This document shows positions 1 through 16,591 of a DNA stretch of 64,000 nt, piece by piece (position 1 is the first letter of the stretch; each line of letters begins with the position of its first letter). The position numbers and the translations under genes were made by a program. The DNA is from Eledone cirrhosa (taxonomy: Eukaryota), in contig CAXHJY010000160.1 of assembly GCA_964016885.1 (NCBI GenBank), positions 1-64,000 of the forward strand, read 5' to 3'. Below the pieces are notes generated by a model. It saw nothing but the letters and a program-made list of their open reading frames with translations, did not search any database and was not told where the DNA came from.

Positions 1-30
<30 letters not shown>

Positions 31-34
<4 letters not shown>

Positions 35-128
35 GTAATCCGAGTTTTTCGAATATTAATAATAATATTCGATTCGTTTGCAATTATATTAATATTCGAA
101 AAACTCAGATTTCATTTATATATATATA

Positions 129-164
<36 letters not shown>

Positions 165-250
165 GTAATCCGAGTTTTTCGAATATTAATAATAATATTC
201 GATTCGTTTGCAATTATATTAATATTCGAAAAACTCAGATTTCATTTATA
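31..250. repeat. Two tandem copies (130-bp period) of a ~90-bp fold-back element in (TA)n
   Basis: AAATGTAATCCGAGTTTTTCGAATATTAATA is nearly the reverse complement of TATTAATATTCGAAAAACTCAGATTTCATTT; copies start at 31 and 161; same termini as the longer element at 46032-46440. Confidence 0.85.
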
Positions 251-2717
<2,467 letters not shown>

Positions 2718-2718
<1 letters not shown>

Positions 2719-2922
2719 GATCAGATCAGAGCAAACAGCACGGACACTCTATCTCAAAATTACTTTTGAAAAGCATTTAGAAATGCGCAACCGGTAAAAA
2801 CTTAAAAACTTAAAACCACAACTGAATACTAACCCATACAATCACTAATACTCTTTTATTCCTAATTAAACCATTTTTCAACTGTGAACAATTTGTCAGC
2901 ATTTTCTATTCCGTTTACCAAT
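2718..2922 (+). mobile_element. pLTR-like non-coding island, family A copy 1, with variant HHR-like core
   Basis: Shared with 4940-5237 and 5476-5691; contains TTGAAAA-GCATTT-AG-AAATGC-GCAAC-CG-GTA; flanked by (TA)n. Confidence 0.65.
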
Positions 2923-2942
2923 ATATATTTATATATATACTG

Positions 2943-2980
<38 letters not shown>

Positions 2981-3256
2981 GATATAGATATATATATATA
3001 TATGTATGTGTATGTATATATATATGTATGTGTATATATATATATATGTATGTGTATATATATATATATGTATTTGTATATATATATATATGTATGTGTA
3101 TATATATATGTATGTGTATGTGTATATATATATATGTATGTGTATATATATATATATATATGTATGTGTATATATATATATATGTATGTGTATATATATA
3201 TATATATATGTATGTGTATATATATATATATATATGTATGTGTATATATATAAATG

Positions 3257-3345
<89 letters not shown>

Positions 3346-3364
3346 ATATATATATATGTATGTG

Positions 3365-3451
<87 letters not shown>
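2923..3451. repeat. (TA)n with TATGTATGTG variants
   Basis: Direct reading. Confidence 0.95.
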
Positions 3452-3453
<2 letters not shown>

Positions 3454-3564
3454 CATCATCATCATCGTTTAACGTCCATCTTCCACGCTTGCATGCATGT
3501 GTGTGAGTGTGAGTGTGTGTGTGTGTAAAGAAGAAATTAAAAGATGGTTAAAAAATGTTCCATA

Positions 3565-3634
3565 TATTTTATTATGCGCATTTCGAAAACAGCATCATCC
3601 TGGGACAAAAATTGTGTTCTCATCAGATAAAATA
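3565..3634 (-). ncRNA. Minimal type I hammerhead ribozyme
   Basis: Reverse complement of the 4051-4118 motif, with small stem II differences. Confidence 0.65.
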
Positions 3635-3679
3635 AGGTAACATGATATGAGGCCTAAAAACACTTGTGAACAAGAAAGT

Positions 3680-3846
3680 GTTGATTGGACAACATAGTTT
3701 GCAGCATAGTTACGTCCCTTTACGATCTGAGTTCAAATCCCGCCGAGGTTGACTTTGCCTTTCATCCTTACGGGGTCGATAAAATAAAGTACCAGTAATG
3801 CACTGGGATAATTGCTGGCCTTGTGCCTAAAGTAGAAACAATTATT
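3680..3846 (+). mobile_element. tRNA-derived SINE (family S1)
   Basis: B-box-like GAGTTCAAATCC followed by the conserved CTTTCATCCTTACGGGGTCGATAAAATAAAGTACCAG core, seen more than 12 times in the window. Confidence 0.85.
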
Positions 3847-3861
3847 TTATCTGATGAGATA

Positions 3862-4052
3862 GGGCGGTGGATTGGTAGTATTGGTAGAGGGTCGGCCGCC
3901 ATGCTTTGACGTATAGAGTTACGGCCCTTGCCTTTCTGAGTTCAAATCCAGCCAAGGTTAACTTTGCCTTTCATCCTTACGGGGTCGATAAAATAAAGTA
4001 CCAGTAATGCACTGGATAATTGCTGGCCTTGTGCCTAACGTAGAAACAATTA
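3862..4052 (+). mobile_element. tRNA-derived SINE (family S1), full head
   Basis: A-box-like TGGTAGTATTGG, B-box and core; ATTATTTTATCTGATGAGA duplicated on both sides as a TSD. Confidence 0.88.
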
Positions 4053-4118
4053 TTTTATCTGATGAGAACACAATTTTTTGTCCCAGGATGATGTTTTCGA
4101 AATGCGCATAATAAAATA
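4051..4118 (+). ncRNA. Minimal type I hammerhead ribozyme
   Basis: TATTTTAT / CTGATGA / stem II GAACA..TGTTTTC / GAAA / palindromic TGCGCA / TA / ATAAAATA. Confidence 0.7.
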
Positions 4119-4229
4119 TATGGAACATTTTTAACCATGTTTTAATTTCTTCTTTATATATACTCCAATTCTACCAACTGTCGAGTGCTAATTATCAGAT
4201 ATATGTATAGTTTTACTCACCTCCTACAT

Positions 4230-4279
<50 letters not shown>

Positions 4280-4584
4280 TATATGTTTGTGTGTGTGCGT
4301 CGCTGCGTGTTTGTAGATGTCTCTAAGGGTATGTATATCATATACAATTCTACAAATGTTAGGGAAATACCACATATATTATTCCACATTCTAATGAATT
4401 CCAGTGTTGAGTACTTCCTTTCAATGTTTCGTAGCCTACACGCACACATGCGTTCATAGATAAACAAACCTACATCCACAGACACACATATATCTATATC
4501 TACAGCTATATGTGAGTCTCGGGTTCAGTCGGTGGTAAAGACAGTTAGTAAGATACTAGAGTGTAAACAACGAGTTTAATATAA

Positions 4585-4686
4585 AAATGCTTCTACAGGA
4601 CTAGAGTTGTTCATTCAAAGAAATTTTCTGATGATTTCTTCTGAATGAAACAATTCTAGTACTGTAAAAGCCATTTCTATATTAAA
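4585..4686. mobile_element. Short imperfect fold-back with HHR-like remnant
   Basis: Imperfect inverted arms; contains CTGATGA-TTTCTTCTGAAT-GAAACAATT. Confidence 0.45.
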
Positions 4687-4889
4687 ATATATAAGCACAA
4701 AATGTAGACACCATCCCGAAGCCCAGGTATTACGTACTTCTCTGTACTGTTATATATATATATATATATAATTTTATATTCGTGTACAGATATTTTTGCA
4801 TACACAATAACAAAATATAAACAAACGTATGTATTTCACGAGGCCCGATAAGGATAAATATATATCAAATATGTAAGAACCCTAGAGAA

Positions 4890-4921
4890 AATCCCGAGAA
4901 ACGTCGGGCCATTCTGCTAGT
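4890..4921 (+). mobile_element. Helitron-like 3' terminus
   Basis: GC hairpin CCCGA-GAAACG-TCGGG a few nt before CTAG|T; related motif at ~18538-18566. Confidence 0.5.
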
Positions 4922-4939
4922 ATATATATATATATATAG

Positions 4940-5234
4940 TTAAAAGAATAGAGGTGTAACACACAAGTTATTATATATTGGTAAACGGAATAGAAAATGC
5001 TGACAAATTGTTCACAGTTGAATAATGGTTTAATTAGGAATAAAAGAGTATTAGTGATTGTATGGGTTAGTATTCAGTTGAGGTTTTAAGCATTTAGAAA
5101 TGCGCAACCGGTAAAAACTTAAAAACTTAAAACCACAACTGAATACTAACCCATACAATCACTAATACTCTTTTATTCCTAATTAAACCATTTTTCAACT
5201 GTGAACAATTTGTCAGCATTTTCTATTCCGTTTA

Positions 5235-5237
<3 letters not shown>
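4940..5237. mobile_element. Family A island copy 2, fold-back form
   Basis: ~4979-5089 is the reverse complement of ~5126-5237. Confidence 0.8.
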
Positions 5238-5280
<43 letters not shown>

Positions 5281-5417
5281 TATACTACCAAAATTATATT
5301 AACGATGCCATTTCCGAGAATATCAGAAGCATGTGCCATATCACCTGTGGAATAAGCTCAAAGATTGCCATTAGTAAATCCGAGCCTTTGTTAACATCAA
5401 ATTAAAAGTCGAATGAC

Positions 5418-5475
<58 letters not shown>

Positions 5476-5478
<3 letters not shown>

Positions 5479-5687
5479 AAAGAATAGAGGTGTAACACAC
5501 AAGTTATGATATATTGGTAAACGGACGCTCTATCTCAAAATTATTTTTGAAAAGCATTAGAAATGCGCAACCGGTAAAACTTAAAACCAAAACTTAATAC
5601 TAACCAATACTATTACTAATTATTACTTATTCCTAATTAAACTATTTTTCACTGTGAACAATTTGTCAGCATTTTCTATTCCGTTTA

Positions 5688-5691
<4 letters not shown>
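5476..5691 (+). mobile_element. Family A island copy 3 (more diverged)
   Basis: Shares its start with 4940 and its body with 2745-2922. Confidence 0.75.
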
Positions 5692-5729
<38 letters not shown>

Positions 5730-6122
5730 TATATATATATATATAAAATAAACACATCAAACAATTACAGAGGGATAATTTGTAAAGAGTGTAGACACAC
5801 ATAGTTACGGGGTTAACATATTAAACATTAACAAGAACCTTGAATATAGATACCTTGCAATAATGATTAATCTCCTTTGTATATATTCCATTGAAGAAAT
5901 TTATTTCACCATTAATCGGTGAACCATAGATGTCAAATCTTGGATCATCGGCAAAGTAGAACTATCTATTTAACTATTTATGGTTACACGCTAAAAGCAA
6001 ATCAGGCGATAACGGTGAAAGACACATGTGGTTTTAAAAAATAAAAAAAACCACCCCGCCGTCAAGCCAGTGGCGTGAATAGGGTTATCGACAGCTAGAA
6101 ATAGTAGCCGATATATATATAT

Positions 6123-6298
6123 AGAAGTGGTTACATAACAGTTAGTTCACCATACCGAGAACAATTGTTTCACCTTATCGGATCTTCAGCTCGTAATGTT
6201 ACACAACAGTTAGTTCACCATACCGAGAACAATTGTTCGGCTAAGGTGAAACAATTGTTTTCGACATGGTGAACTAACTGTTGTGTAACCACTTCTAC
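6123..6298. mobile_element. Small tandem + inverted pLTR-like island with HHR on the minus strand (6153-6195)
   Basis: Minus strand reads TACGAG CTGAAGA T CC GATAA GG T GAAAC AATT GTT CTCGGTA; relative at 46455-46527. Confidence 0.7.
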
Positions 6299-6424
6299 CT
6301 AACTCGTCCCATGGACTGAGTGCTGTACCACTACGGATACTACCTTCCAGTGTTCTACCACTATATATATATATATGTGTATGTGTTTTATATGCATGTA
6401 TGTATGATATTGGATTAAATCGAT

Positions 6425-6790
6425 ACCAGTACATTACTGGTACTTTATTTTATCGACCCCGTAAGGATGAAACCAAAGCTAACTTCGGTGGGATTTGAAC
6501 TCAGAAAGTAAACAAACAGAACAAATGATATAACGTATTCTGACAATTTAAGGACTTTACATCTTCCCCATGTGGGGCGTGGCTATACAGTCACAATACG
6601 GTCACCATAGACATTGTTAAAGCTTGTTAAAGTGGTTAAATTATAGACAAACATTACGTCCCTTTACGATCTGAGTTCAAATCCCGCCGAGGTTGACTTT
6701 GCCTTTCATCTATACGGGGTCAATAAAATAAAGTACCAGTAATGCACTGGGTAATTGCTGGCCTTGTGCCTAAAGTAGAAACAATTATTA
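6425..6790. mobile_element. Two partial S1 SINEs (6425-6510 minus; 6652-6790 plus)
   Basis: Conserved core present in both orientations. Confidence 0.8.
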
Positions 6791-7386
6791 GTAGTCGCTT
6801 GGCTCCCTATTTCCCCCAACATCTTCCTACCTACAGCTTCTTAATTATCTCTTATTAGCAGTTATCTCATTATACTAGCCATATTACTATAATTATCAAC
6901 ATCATTATCGCCATTTTGTTGTTCAATAACTGAATACATTTATGGCCGTTATATCACTTCCTCTCACTGCCAGTATTAAACACATTTATTGGCCATTACG
7001 TCACTTCCTCTCATTGCTATTCTTTTGCACATATGTAAAGCCATTACATCACTTCCCCTTACTCTCATCACATTTATGGCCTTTAAATCAACTAATTTTA
7101 CTTTCATTCCTTTTTTTTTTTTGCCAGTCTTTACATTGAACAGTTCTGAGCATATATTGTACTGTAGCTGTTAGAATATTGTTGATAAAACGTGCCAAAA
7201 CCTCCACTAACCAGAAATCTATACTAACACCCATTACCACTGACGCCAATACTACCATTATTAAAAACAACAACATCAGTATCAACCTAACTAATGCTAC
7301 CAACACCAGCAATTATTGCCTGTTCGATTATACGTGTAGCTTACACGAAATCCAGAGAAGCTATTGAGTGTATCAATCAATTCATC

Positions 7387-7461
<75 letters not shown>

Positions 7462-7739
7462 CAGTCTTACGACTATACAGAGCATTTTAGGTTTTTCCAA
7501 ATTGAAGGATAGGTATCTTGAACTTTAATTTTATCATGAGTTAAAGCTCTATTGATTTTTCCCTGCATTTCACTAAATTCTGTGGATGAATTTTATATCC
7601 TGATTCTCTTTAAGATGAGTTTAAATTATTTTTCCCACATCTTACGTTTACTATTTTTCCCATTTTGACGCTATAGTCACTTATATACTATGGAATGTTG
7701 TTCGCTTTTCGCTGCAGTGTTTTCTATACCTTTCATTTA

Positions 7740-9032
<1,293 letters not shown>

Positions 9033-9248
9033 TTCGTTTCTGAATTTGTTTAGGCAAGATTCTTTATCTGAAATCGTGTGTTGAAACCGATATTGTTATA
9101 CTTTAGGAGGGTCATGTTGCCAATAAGAAACACACGCACCAGTTGCTTTCACTTCAATTTAATTTATTATATATTTATAAATTTACAAATTTATAAATTT
9201 CTGGTTGGTTGGTTGGTTCCACAACCAGATAGTTGTTTATATATATAT

Positions 9249-9291
9249 AGTCATAGTTCTTTCGTCACACACTGTGACCTCTTCAGTGACT
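9249..9291 (-). ncRNA. Minimal type I HHR in the inverted pLTR
   Basis: AGTCA CTGAAGA GGTCACA GTG TGTGAC GAAA GAAC TA TGACT. Confidence 0.75.
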
Positions 9292-9701
9292 GGGGATTTC
9301 TTTCTTCGTTTCTGTGCCTTTCCTTTCTTCTATCCTACGCCATTTTGTTTCTGTGTGTGGGTTGCGTGCTCAGTTTGCGCATGCGCCACATCCGGGTGTC
9401 TGTGTGTGTTTGTGTTCATTTTTCTATTTTTCTATTTATATTTTTCTATTTGTTTATTTATTTATTTATTGTTGGTTGGTTGTTTGTTCTATGTGTGTGT
9501 GTGTTTTCATTTTGTCTTGTGTGTGTTTTCATTTTGTGTGTGTTTTCAATTGTAAGTTGTTTGTTCTATGTGTGTGTGTGTTTTCATTTTGTCCTTAATT
9601 GTAAGTTGTGATGTTGCTGTTCCACTCATATTTTCTATTTAATTTTGGTTTTAATTCTTTTATGCTTACGGCCTCTGTAATTTGCCTAAACATTGCGTCT
9701 T

Positions 9702-11675
9702 CAGCCCAACAAAAGGACTGCCAACAACTTCCAGGCCTGGAACAATGACGTGCCGGCGTTGTATGGGCTTCGAAAAGACCATAAAACGGGCTGGGACCCT
9801 GTCGCGGGACCACCAACACGGCCAGTCTGTGGGGCTAACATTGATAGTAACTACAGACTGTCCTACTTCCTCTCCCTGATCATACGCCCCATCATTGAGA
9901 TGTCCCCAGATGTGTGTGACAGCACGGAGGACCTCCTCAGCAGAATCGGCGCGGGTAACCGATCTGGGGACCTAACAAACTGCATAATAGGCAGTATGGA
10001 TGTTGTGTCCCCTGTATCCATCTATTGACCTGGATTTTGCTGTGGAGAAATGCGTAGAAATGATCAGCGAGAGCAAGGTTGAGTTTCCGTGGGATTGATA
10101 CCAGTGAGCTGGGACTTCTACTTAAGCTTACCCATAGTAATAGTTACCTAGACACTTATGACCTTAGCAACCTGTGCCCTACAAGACCAGCAAGAGGCAG
10201 ACCACCTACCATTACCTCAATGGCCAAGAAAAACCCACATAGATAGATGGAACGGGTGGACCAGAGCCATACGGACACCCGAAAACCACGATGAACTGAA
10301 GAAAATGATTGCACATGCGGTAGGGGCCAGCATAAAATTAACCCTTAAGGAACATATGTTCAAATTTAATGGTAAAACATATGCCCAAGAGGAAGGAGCA
10401 GCCATTGGTGTTAGCATTGCAGGCGACATAGCTAACTTATTCATTGTATGGTGGGACAGTAGACTTAAACAAAAACTTAATGAACAATTAGAAGACAGCT
10501 TAACCCTGATAATGTACTCCCGCTACGTAGATGATATAAAACATCGTAGTTAAGACACCCCCACTAAAGAAACAGTCAGGAACTAGAGAAAAACACAATG
10601 GAAAGCATCCAGCAAATAGCAAACTCCATCCACCAGAGCATTAGAGTTACTATAGACTACCCAAGTAGACACCCCAACCATCGATTACCTGTACTAGACA
10701 CAGAGCTCTGGTTAGATACAATTAACAACCAAAAACAAATCCTCCATTCCCATTATGCCAAACCCATGACTTCCAAACATCTGATCCACCGAAACTCGGC
10801 CATTTCAGACCATACCAAAATCAACATACTGATTGCGGATTTGGTACGGGTGATGAGAAATGTGTCCCGCATGTGCAACCCCGAAGAACTAGAGAGACAC
10901 ATACAACACTTCTTCCACCGTATGCAGTTCTCTGGCTACAATCAGAGAGATAGAATCAGAGTGTATAAAGGAGCCAGAACCAAATGGGAAAAAATGGTAA
11001 AATAATGACATAAATGGGACCTGCCCCTTGTATAGGAGCAAATTTTGGAATAGAATAGAAAGAACTAGGAACAAGGCCAATAGAATAAACTCATGGTATG
11101 ATAGCAATAAATACCAGAGTGTAATGTTCATCAATACAACCCCTAGAGGCGAACTAGCCTACAAATTTAGAAGGGCCCTAAAGAAACATAATCTCAATAT
11201 TAAGATAGTAGAAAGACCAGGTACCTCCGTAAAAACACTTATTAGCAAGACATACCCGTTCCAAAGACCCTCATGTATAGATAAGAAATGTATAACCTGT
11301 AAAATAAGCCCCCATATTAACTGTAAGACTAGAAATGTAGTGTATAGCATAAGATGTACTGAAGGACAATGTAGAAACAAAAATATAGTGTACATAGGTG
11401 AGACAGCTCGTAGTATAGGGGAACGAATAAATGAACACTGGCGAGACCTCCAAGATAATAAAGAATCATCTGTGCTCTACCAACATGCTAACATAGAACA
11501 CAGGGGTAGATTAGAGAACACAGGGGTAGATTAGAGAACATAGAAATAAAAATAGGATCCACACACAGAAAAGACGCAATGTTTAGGCAAATTACAGAGG
11601 CAGTAAGCATAAAAGAATTAAAACCAAAATTAAATAGAAAATATGAGTGGAACAGCAACATCACAACTTACAACT
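9702..11675 (+). pseudogene. Frameshifted PLE reverse transcriptase + GIY-YIG endonuclease
   Basis: Motifs PALYGLRKDHK, RPVCGA, GSMDV, QEEGAAIG, SRYVDD, LPVLD, linker CX4CX2C, NVVYSIRC..YIGETARS..ERINEH, RQITEAVSI..LNRKYEW; several frameshifts and a 20-bp duplication at ~11495-11534. Confidence 0.92.
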
Positions 11676-11979
11676 AAGGACAAAATGAAAACACACACAG
11701 GAAAAAATGAAAACACACACACACATAGAACAAACAACTTACAATTAAGGACAAAATGAAAACACACACAGGACAAAATGAAGACACACACACATACATA
11801 GAACAAACAACCAACCAACAATAAATAAATAAAATAAAACAAATAGATAAATGAACACAAACACACACAGACACCCGGATGTGGCGCATGCGCAAACTGA
11901 GCACACAACACACACACAGAAACAAAATGGCGTAGGATAGAAGAAAGGAAAGGCACAGAAACAAAGGAAAGGAATCCCC

Positions 11980-12024
11980 AGTCACTGAAGAGTTCACAGA
12001 GTGTGTGACGAAAGGACTATGACT
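11980..12024 (+). ncRNA. Minimal type I HHR in the PLE 3' pLTR
   Basis: AGTCA CTGAAGA GTTCACA GAG TGTGTGAC GAAA GGAC TA TGACT. Confidence 0.72.
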
Positions 12025-12244
12025 ATATATAAACAACTATCTGGTTGTGGAACCAACCAACCAACCAGAAATTTATAAGTTTGTAAATTTGTAAATTTAT
12101 AAATTTATAAATATATAATAAATTGAAGTGAAAGCAACTGGTGCGTGTGTTTCTTATTGGCAACATGACCCTCCCAAAGTATAACAATATCGGTTTCAAC
12201 ACACGATTTCAGATAAAGAATCTTGCTAAACAAATTCAGAAACG

Positions 12245-12277
<33 letters not shown>

Positions 12278-12308
12278 AATAAATAAATATATATATATAT
12301 ATATAAAT

Positions 12309-12340
<32 letters not shown>

Positions 12341-12356
12341 GTAAATATATATATAT

Positions 12357-12406
<50 letters not shown>

Positions 12407-12422
12407 GTAAATATATATATAT

Positions 12423-12473
<51 letters not shown>

Positions 12474-12609
12474 AATATATATAAATATATATAAATATAT
12501 ATAAATATATATATATATATATAAATATATATATATTGTTATACTTTGGGAAACGAAATATATATATATATATATAAATATATATATATAAATATATATA
12601 TATATAAAT

Positions 12610-12687
<78 letters not shown>

Positions 12688-12986
12688 ATACTTTGGGAAA
12701 CGAAATATATATATATAAATATATACATAAATATATATATATATATAAATATATATATATAAACAATTAAGTCAAAAATGTACATCTACATATGCATACT
12801 GAAATACTAGTGTGTATATGAATACACACACGTATACATATGTAGGTGTAACAAGTCTTTCACTGGTTGCTTTACTGTGAGCAGCCCAGCTATTCTGTAT
12901 GTAAACACACAGACAAACCGGTTTTTAGAGTCATACTGGTTTTCGGGGGAACACCTTCCCTCTATTCACCAGAAAGCCAGACAAGG

Positions 12987-13031
12987 AATATTGAACTAGT
13001 TTCGTTGTTGTTACAACTCATCAGCAATATT
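12987..13031 (-). ncRNA. Minimal type I hammerhead ribozyme
   Basis: Exact reverse complement of 13555-13599. Confidence 0.88.
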
Positions 13032-13554
13032 TACCTATCTACCGGCCCTTCTGGAGAATTGTAAAAGCACATATCGTTATATGCTTTTTCTATGAAAATT
13101 AGTAGTGGGCAGACTAATTTGCATAGAGTGTGAGTACGCACCGGTTCAGCGGAGACGATAAAAACAAATAACGAAACGAAATTAAATTTCGTTTCGTTTG
13201 TAACTCACTTTTGTATGACTGACGCTTAAACAATTAAGTCAAAAATGTACATCTACATATGCATACTGAAATACTAGTGTGTATATGAATACACACACGT
13301 ATACATATGTAGGTGTAACAAGTCTTTCACTGGTTGCTTTATTGTGAGCAGCCCAGCTATTCTGTATGTAAACACACAGACAAACCGGTTTTTAGAGTCA
13401 TACTGGTTTTCGGGGGAACACCTTTTATCGTCTCCGCTGAACCGGTGCGAACTCACACTCTATGCAAATTAGTCTGCCCACTACTAATTTTCATAGAAAA
13501 AGCATATAACGATATGTGCTTTTACAATTCTCCAGAAGGGCCGGTAGATAGGTA

Positions 13555-13599
13555 AATATTGCTGATGAGTTGTAACAACAACGAAACTAGTTCAATATT
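13555..13599 (+). ncRNA. Minimal type I hammerhead ribozyme
   Basis: AATATTG CTGATGA GTTG TAACAA CAAC GAAAC TA GTT CAATATT; perfect stems I and II, palindromic stem III AACTAGTT. Confidence 0.9.
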
Positions 13600-13918
13600 C
13601 CTTGTCTGGCTTTCTGGAGAATAGAGGGAAGGTGTTCCCCCGAAAACCAGTATGACTCTAAAAACCGGTTTGTCTGTGTGTTTACATACAGAATAGCTGG
13701 GCTGCTCAAAGTAAAGCAACCAGTGAAAGACTTGTTACACCTACATATGTATACGTGTGTGTATTCATATACACACTAGTATTTCAGTATGCATATGTAG
13801 ATGTACATTTTTGACTTAATTGTTTAAGCGTCAGTCATACAAAAGTGAGTTACAAACGAAACGAAATTTAATTTCGTTTCGTTATTTGTTTTTATATATA
13901 TATAAATATATATATATA

Positions 13919-13996
<78 letters not shown>

Positions 13997-14008
13997 TATA
14001 TATATATA

Positions 14009-14910
14009 AAGGATTTACAGAAACCCAAGAAGCTAGATATTCCATCTCTCTAGTGGGTCCGGGTATGCATTTTACATTCATTTCATTTATTGATTTATTG
14101 ATAATTTATCTGAGTGTCCCGAATCTTCCATATCGAACTTTTCGGTTATTTGGTTGATTGTAGACATATTCTACGTGTGACGGTATTTTAACGATAGTTA
14201 TAGCTCTAATTTATTTGAATTATAGAGCCCTCTGCCGCTCATCTCGAATTTTGTTTATCGTGAACTCGTGCGCCGATTTTTCGATACTCGATTATTCTAC
14301 TATATTTAGCTCTAGACTTAGCTATTGACCAGTTAATTTTATTGTTCATTTTTTGTCGATTCTATTAAATGATGAATAGCCCCTGTTTATTTTAACATGT
14401 CTATTGAGCACTCTTATTCGATATGTGTTTTTGCCACATTTTTCCGAATATTTTTGCGGATATAAAGGTTATCTCCCTTGCTTAAATCCATGTGCGTATT
14501 TTTAGCCTGGGTCTTATCTTTTTATCCATTCGGACGAAGTTCGTTGATGAAGTAACTCCAGTCCCCCGATTATCTGTAAGGCTTATATTTTTATATGAGC
14601 TGATAGATGACGGTTTAAGGATTTACAGAAACCCAAGAAGCTAGATATTCCATCTCTCTAGTGGGTCCGGGTATGCATTTTACATTCATTTCATTTATTG
14701 ATTTATTGATAATTTATCTGAGTGTCCCGAATCTTCCATATCGAACTTTTCGGTTATTTGGTTGATTGTAGACATATTCTACGTGTGACGGTATTTTAAC
14801 GATAGTTATAGCTCTAATTTATTTGAATTATAGAGCCCTCTGCCGCTCATCTCGAATTTTGTTTATCGTGAACTCGTGCGCCGATTTTTCGATACTCGAT
14901 TATTCTACTA
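14009..14910. mobile_element. 608-bp non-coding unit present as ~1.5 tandem copies in (TA)n
   Basis: ~14009-14301 repeated, apparently identically, at ~14617-14909. Confidence 0.8.
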
Positions 14911-15617
<707 letters not shown>

Positions 15618-15735
15618 AGGGATGTGGCTGAGTGGTTAGAGAATTGGATTCGCAATCGTGAGGTTGTGAGTCCGATTCCTGGACCAGGTGATGCATTATG
15701 TCCTTGAGCAAGACACTTTATTTCACGTTGCTCCT
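15618..15735 (+). mobile_element. tRNA-derived SINE (family S2), 5' part
   Basis: TGGCTGAGTGGTTAGAG A-box, GAGTCCGATTCC B-box, GTCCTTGAGCAAGACACTT core; relatives at 18225-18362, 52165-52265 and 53899-53965. Confidence 0.8.
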
Positions 15736-15989
15736 TCTACCTGTAGTTGCGACCGATAGATATTATTAGCAATTGGAAAGAGTCTATAGACTTTTGAATG
15801 AGGAATGTTCTAATAACTGACCAATGAGAGGAGAAGAGGCCCTTTGACACTGAAATTTGTTTGTTTGAATTCACATGATTCCAGTTCCTCAGTGAAATAA
15901 CAACCCAACCAGGAACTGGGCATATCAGAGTATTGACAAAATTATACACCTCAACAACATATGTACTTGTCTATACCACACTAATTCGG

Positions 15990-16044
15990 ACTGCCTGAAG
16001 AGGTCACAGCCAAAGATGGCTGTCATCGAAATATATATAGCAGT
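15990..16044 (+). ncRNA. Minimal type I HHR in a solo pLTR fragment
   Basis: ACTGC CTGAAGA GGTCACAGCC AAAGAT GGCTGTCATC GAAA TATATA TA GCAGT, followed by AATAAA. Confidence 0.78.
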
Positions 16045-16176
16045 AATAAACGAAGCTAAATTTTAAACATTTGACTTTTTATTGCATTACTCCGGAGTAA
16101 CCAAACCAACCTGAGCACTTCGTCGAGTGCTCCAGCCTGCATACTGAGGTGTTGGTATATAACGAACATATACTCA

Positions 16177-16317
<141 letters not shown>

Positions 16318-16387
16318 CCCCCAAAAGTTGTGTACACATATTTATTAGAATGCTGTTGGAGTGTGAATACATTTTGGGGGCATACCC

Positions 16388-16420
<33 letters not shown>

Positions 16421-16591
16421 GTGTTTGTGTGCGTCTGTGTGTGCGTGTGTATTTGCGTATGTCTGTACGTGTGTGTGTGTATATGTATTTGCGTGCGTGT
16501 GTGTGTGTACGCACGAATTATATTTGAAGATATAAAGTTAACTGAAAAAGATATAATCACCAGCTTTTTTATTAGAAACCATAGTCAAAAT

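Larger units (their letters stand above)
3528..4157. mobile_element. Inverted pair of PLE-type pLTR arms (3528-3636 and ~4050-4157) enclosing two SINEs
   Basis: The arms are reverse complements, and each carries an HHR. Confidence 0.8.
9033..12244 (+). mobile_element. Penelope-like retroelement (C-terminal EN, Nematis/Neptune-type), 5'-truncated, with an inverted copy of its 3' end
   Basis: RT + GIY-YIG coding remnants; 9033-9701 is the reverse complement of ~11571-12244; flanked by (TA)n on both sides. Confidence 0.92.
12761..13893. mobile_element. 467-bp HHR-containing unit: 1.4 tandem copies plus one inverted circularly permuted copy (retrozyme/pLTR-like)
   Basis: AAACAATTAAGTCAAAAATG at 12761 and 13228; inversion near 13424; (TA)n flanks. 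Confidence 0.88.

Noticed and set aside
5895-5955. Minus-strand CCGATGA-T-CCA..TGG-T-GAAA motif
   Set aside because: Stems I and III are too poor to call an HHR; at most a decayed remnant.
12867-13719. Repeated 60-73 aa ORFs (MLYCEQPSY...)
   Set aside because: Short, non-ATG starts, and repeated only because the 467-bp unit is duplicated.
15618-15690. tRNA-like sequences here and at 18290-18362 and 53899-53965
   Set aside because: A/B boxes present but no proper cloverleaf; most copies continue into a SINE core.
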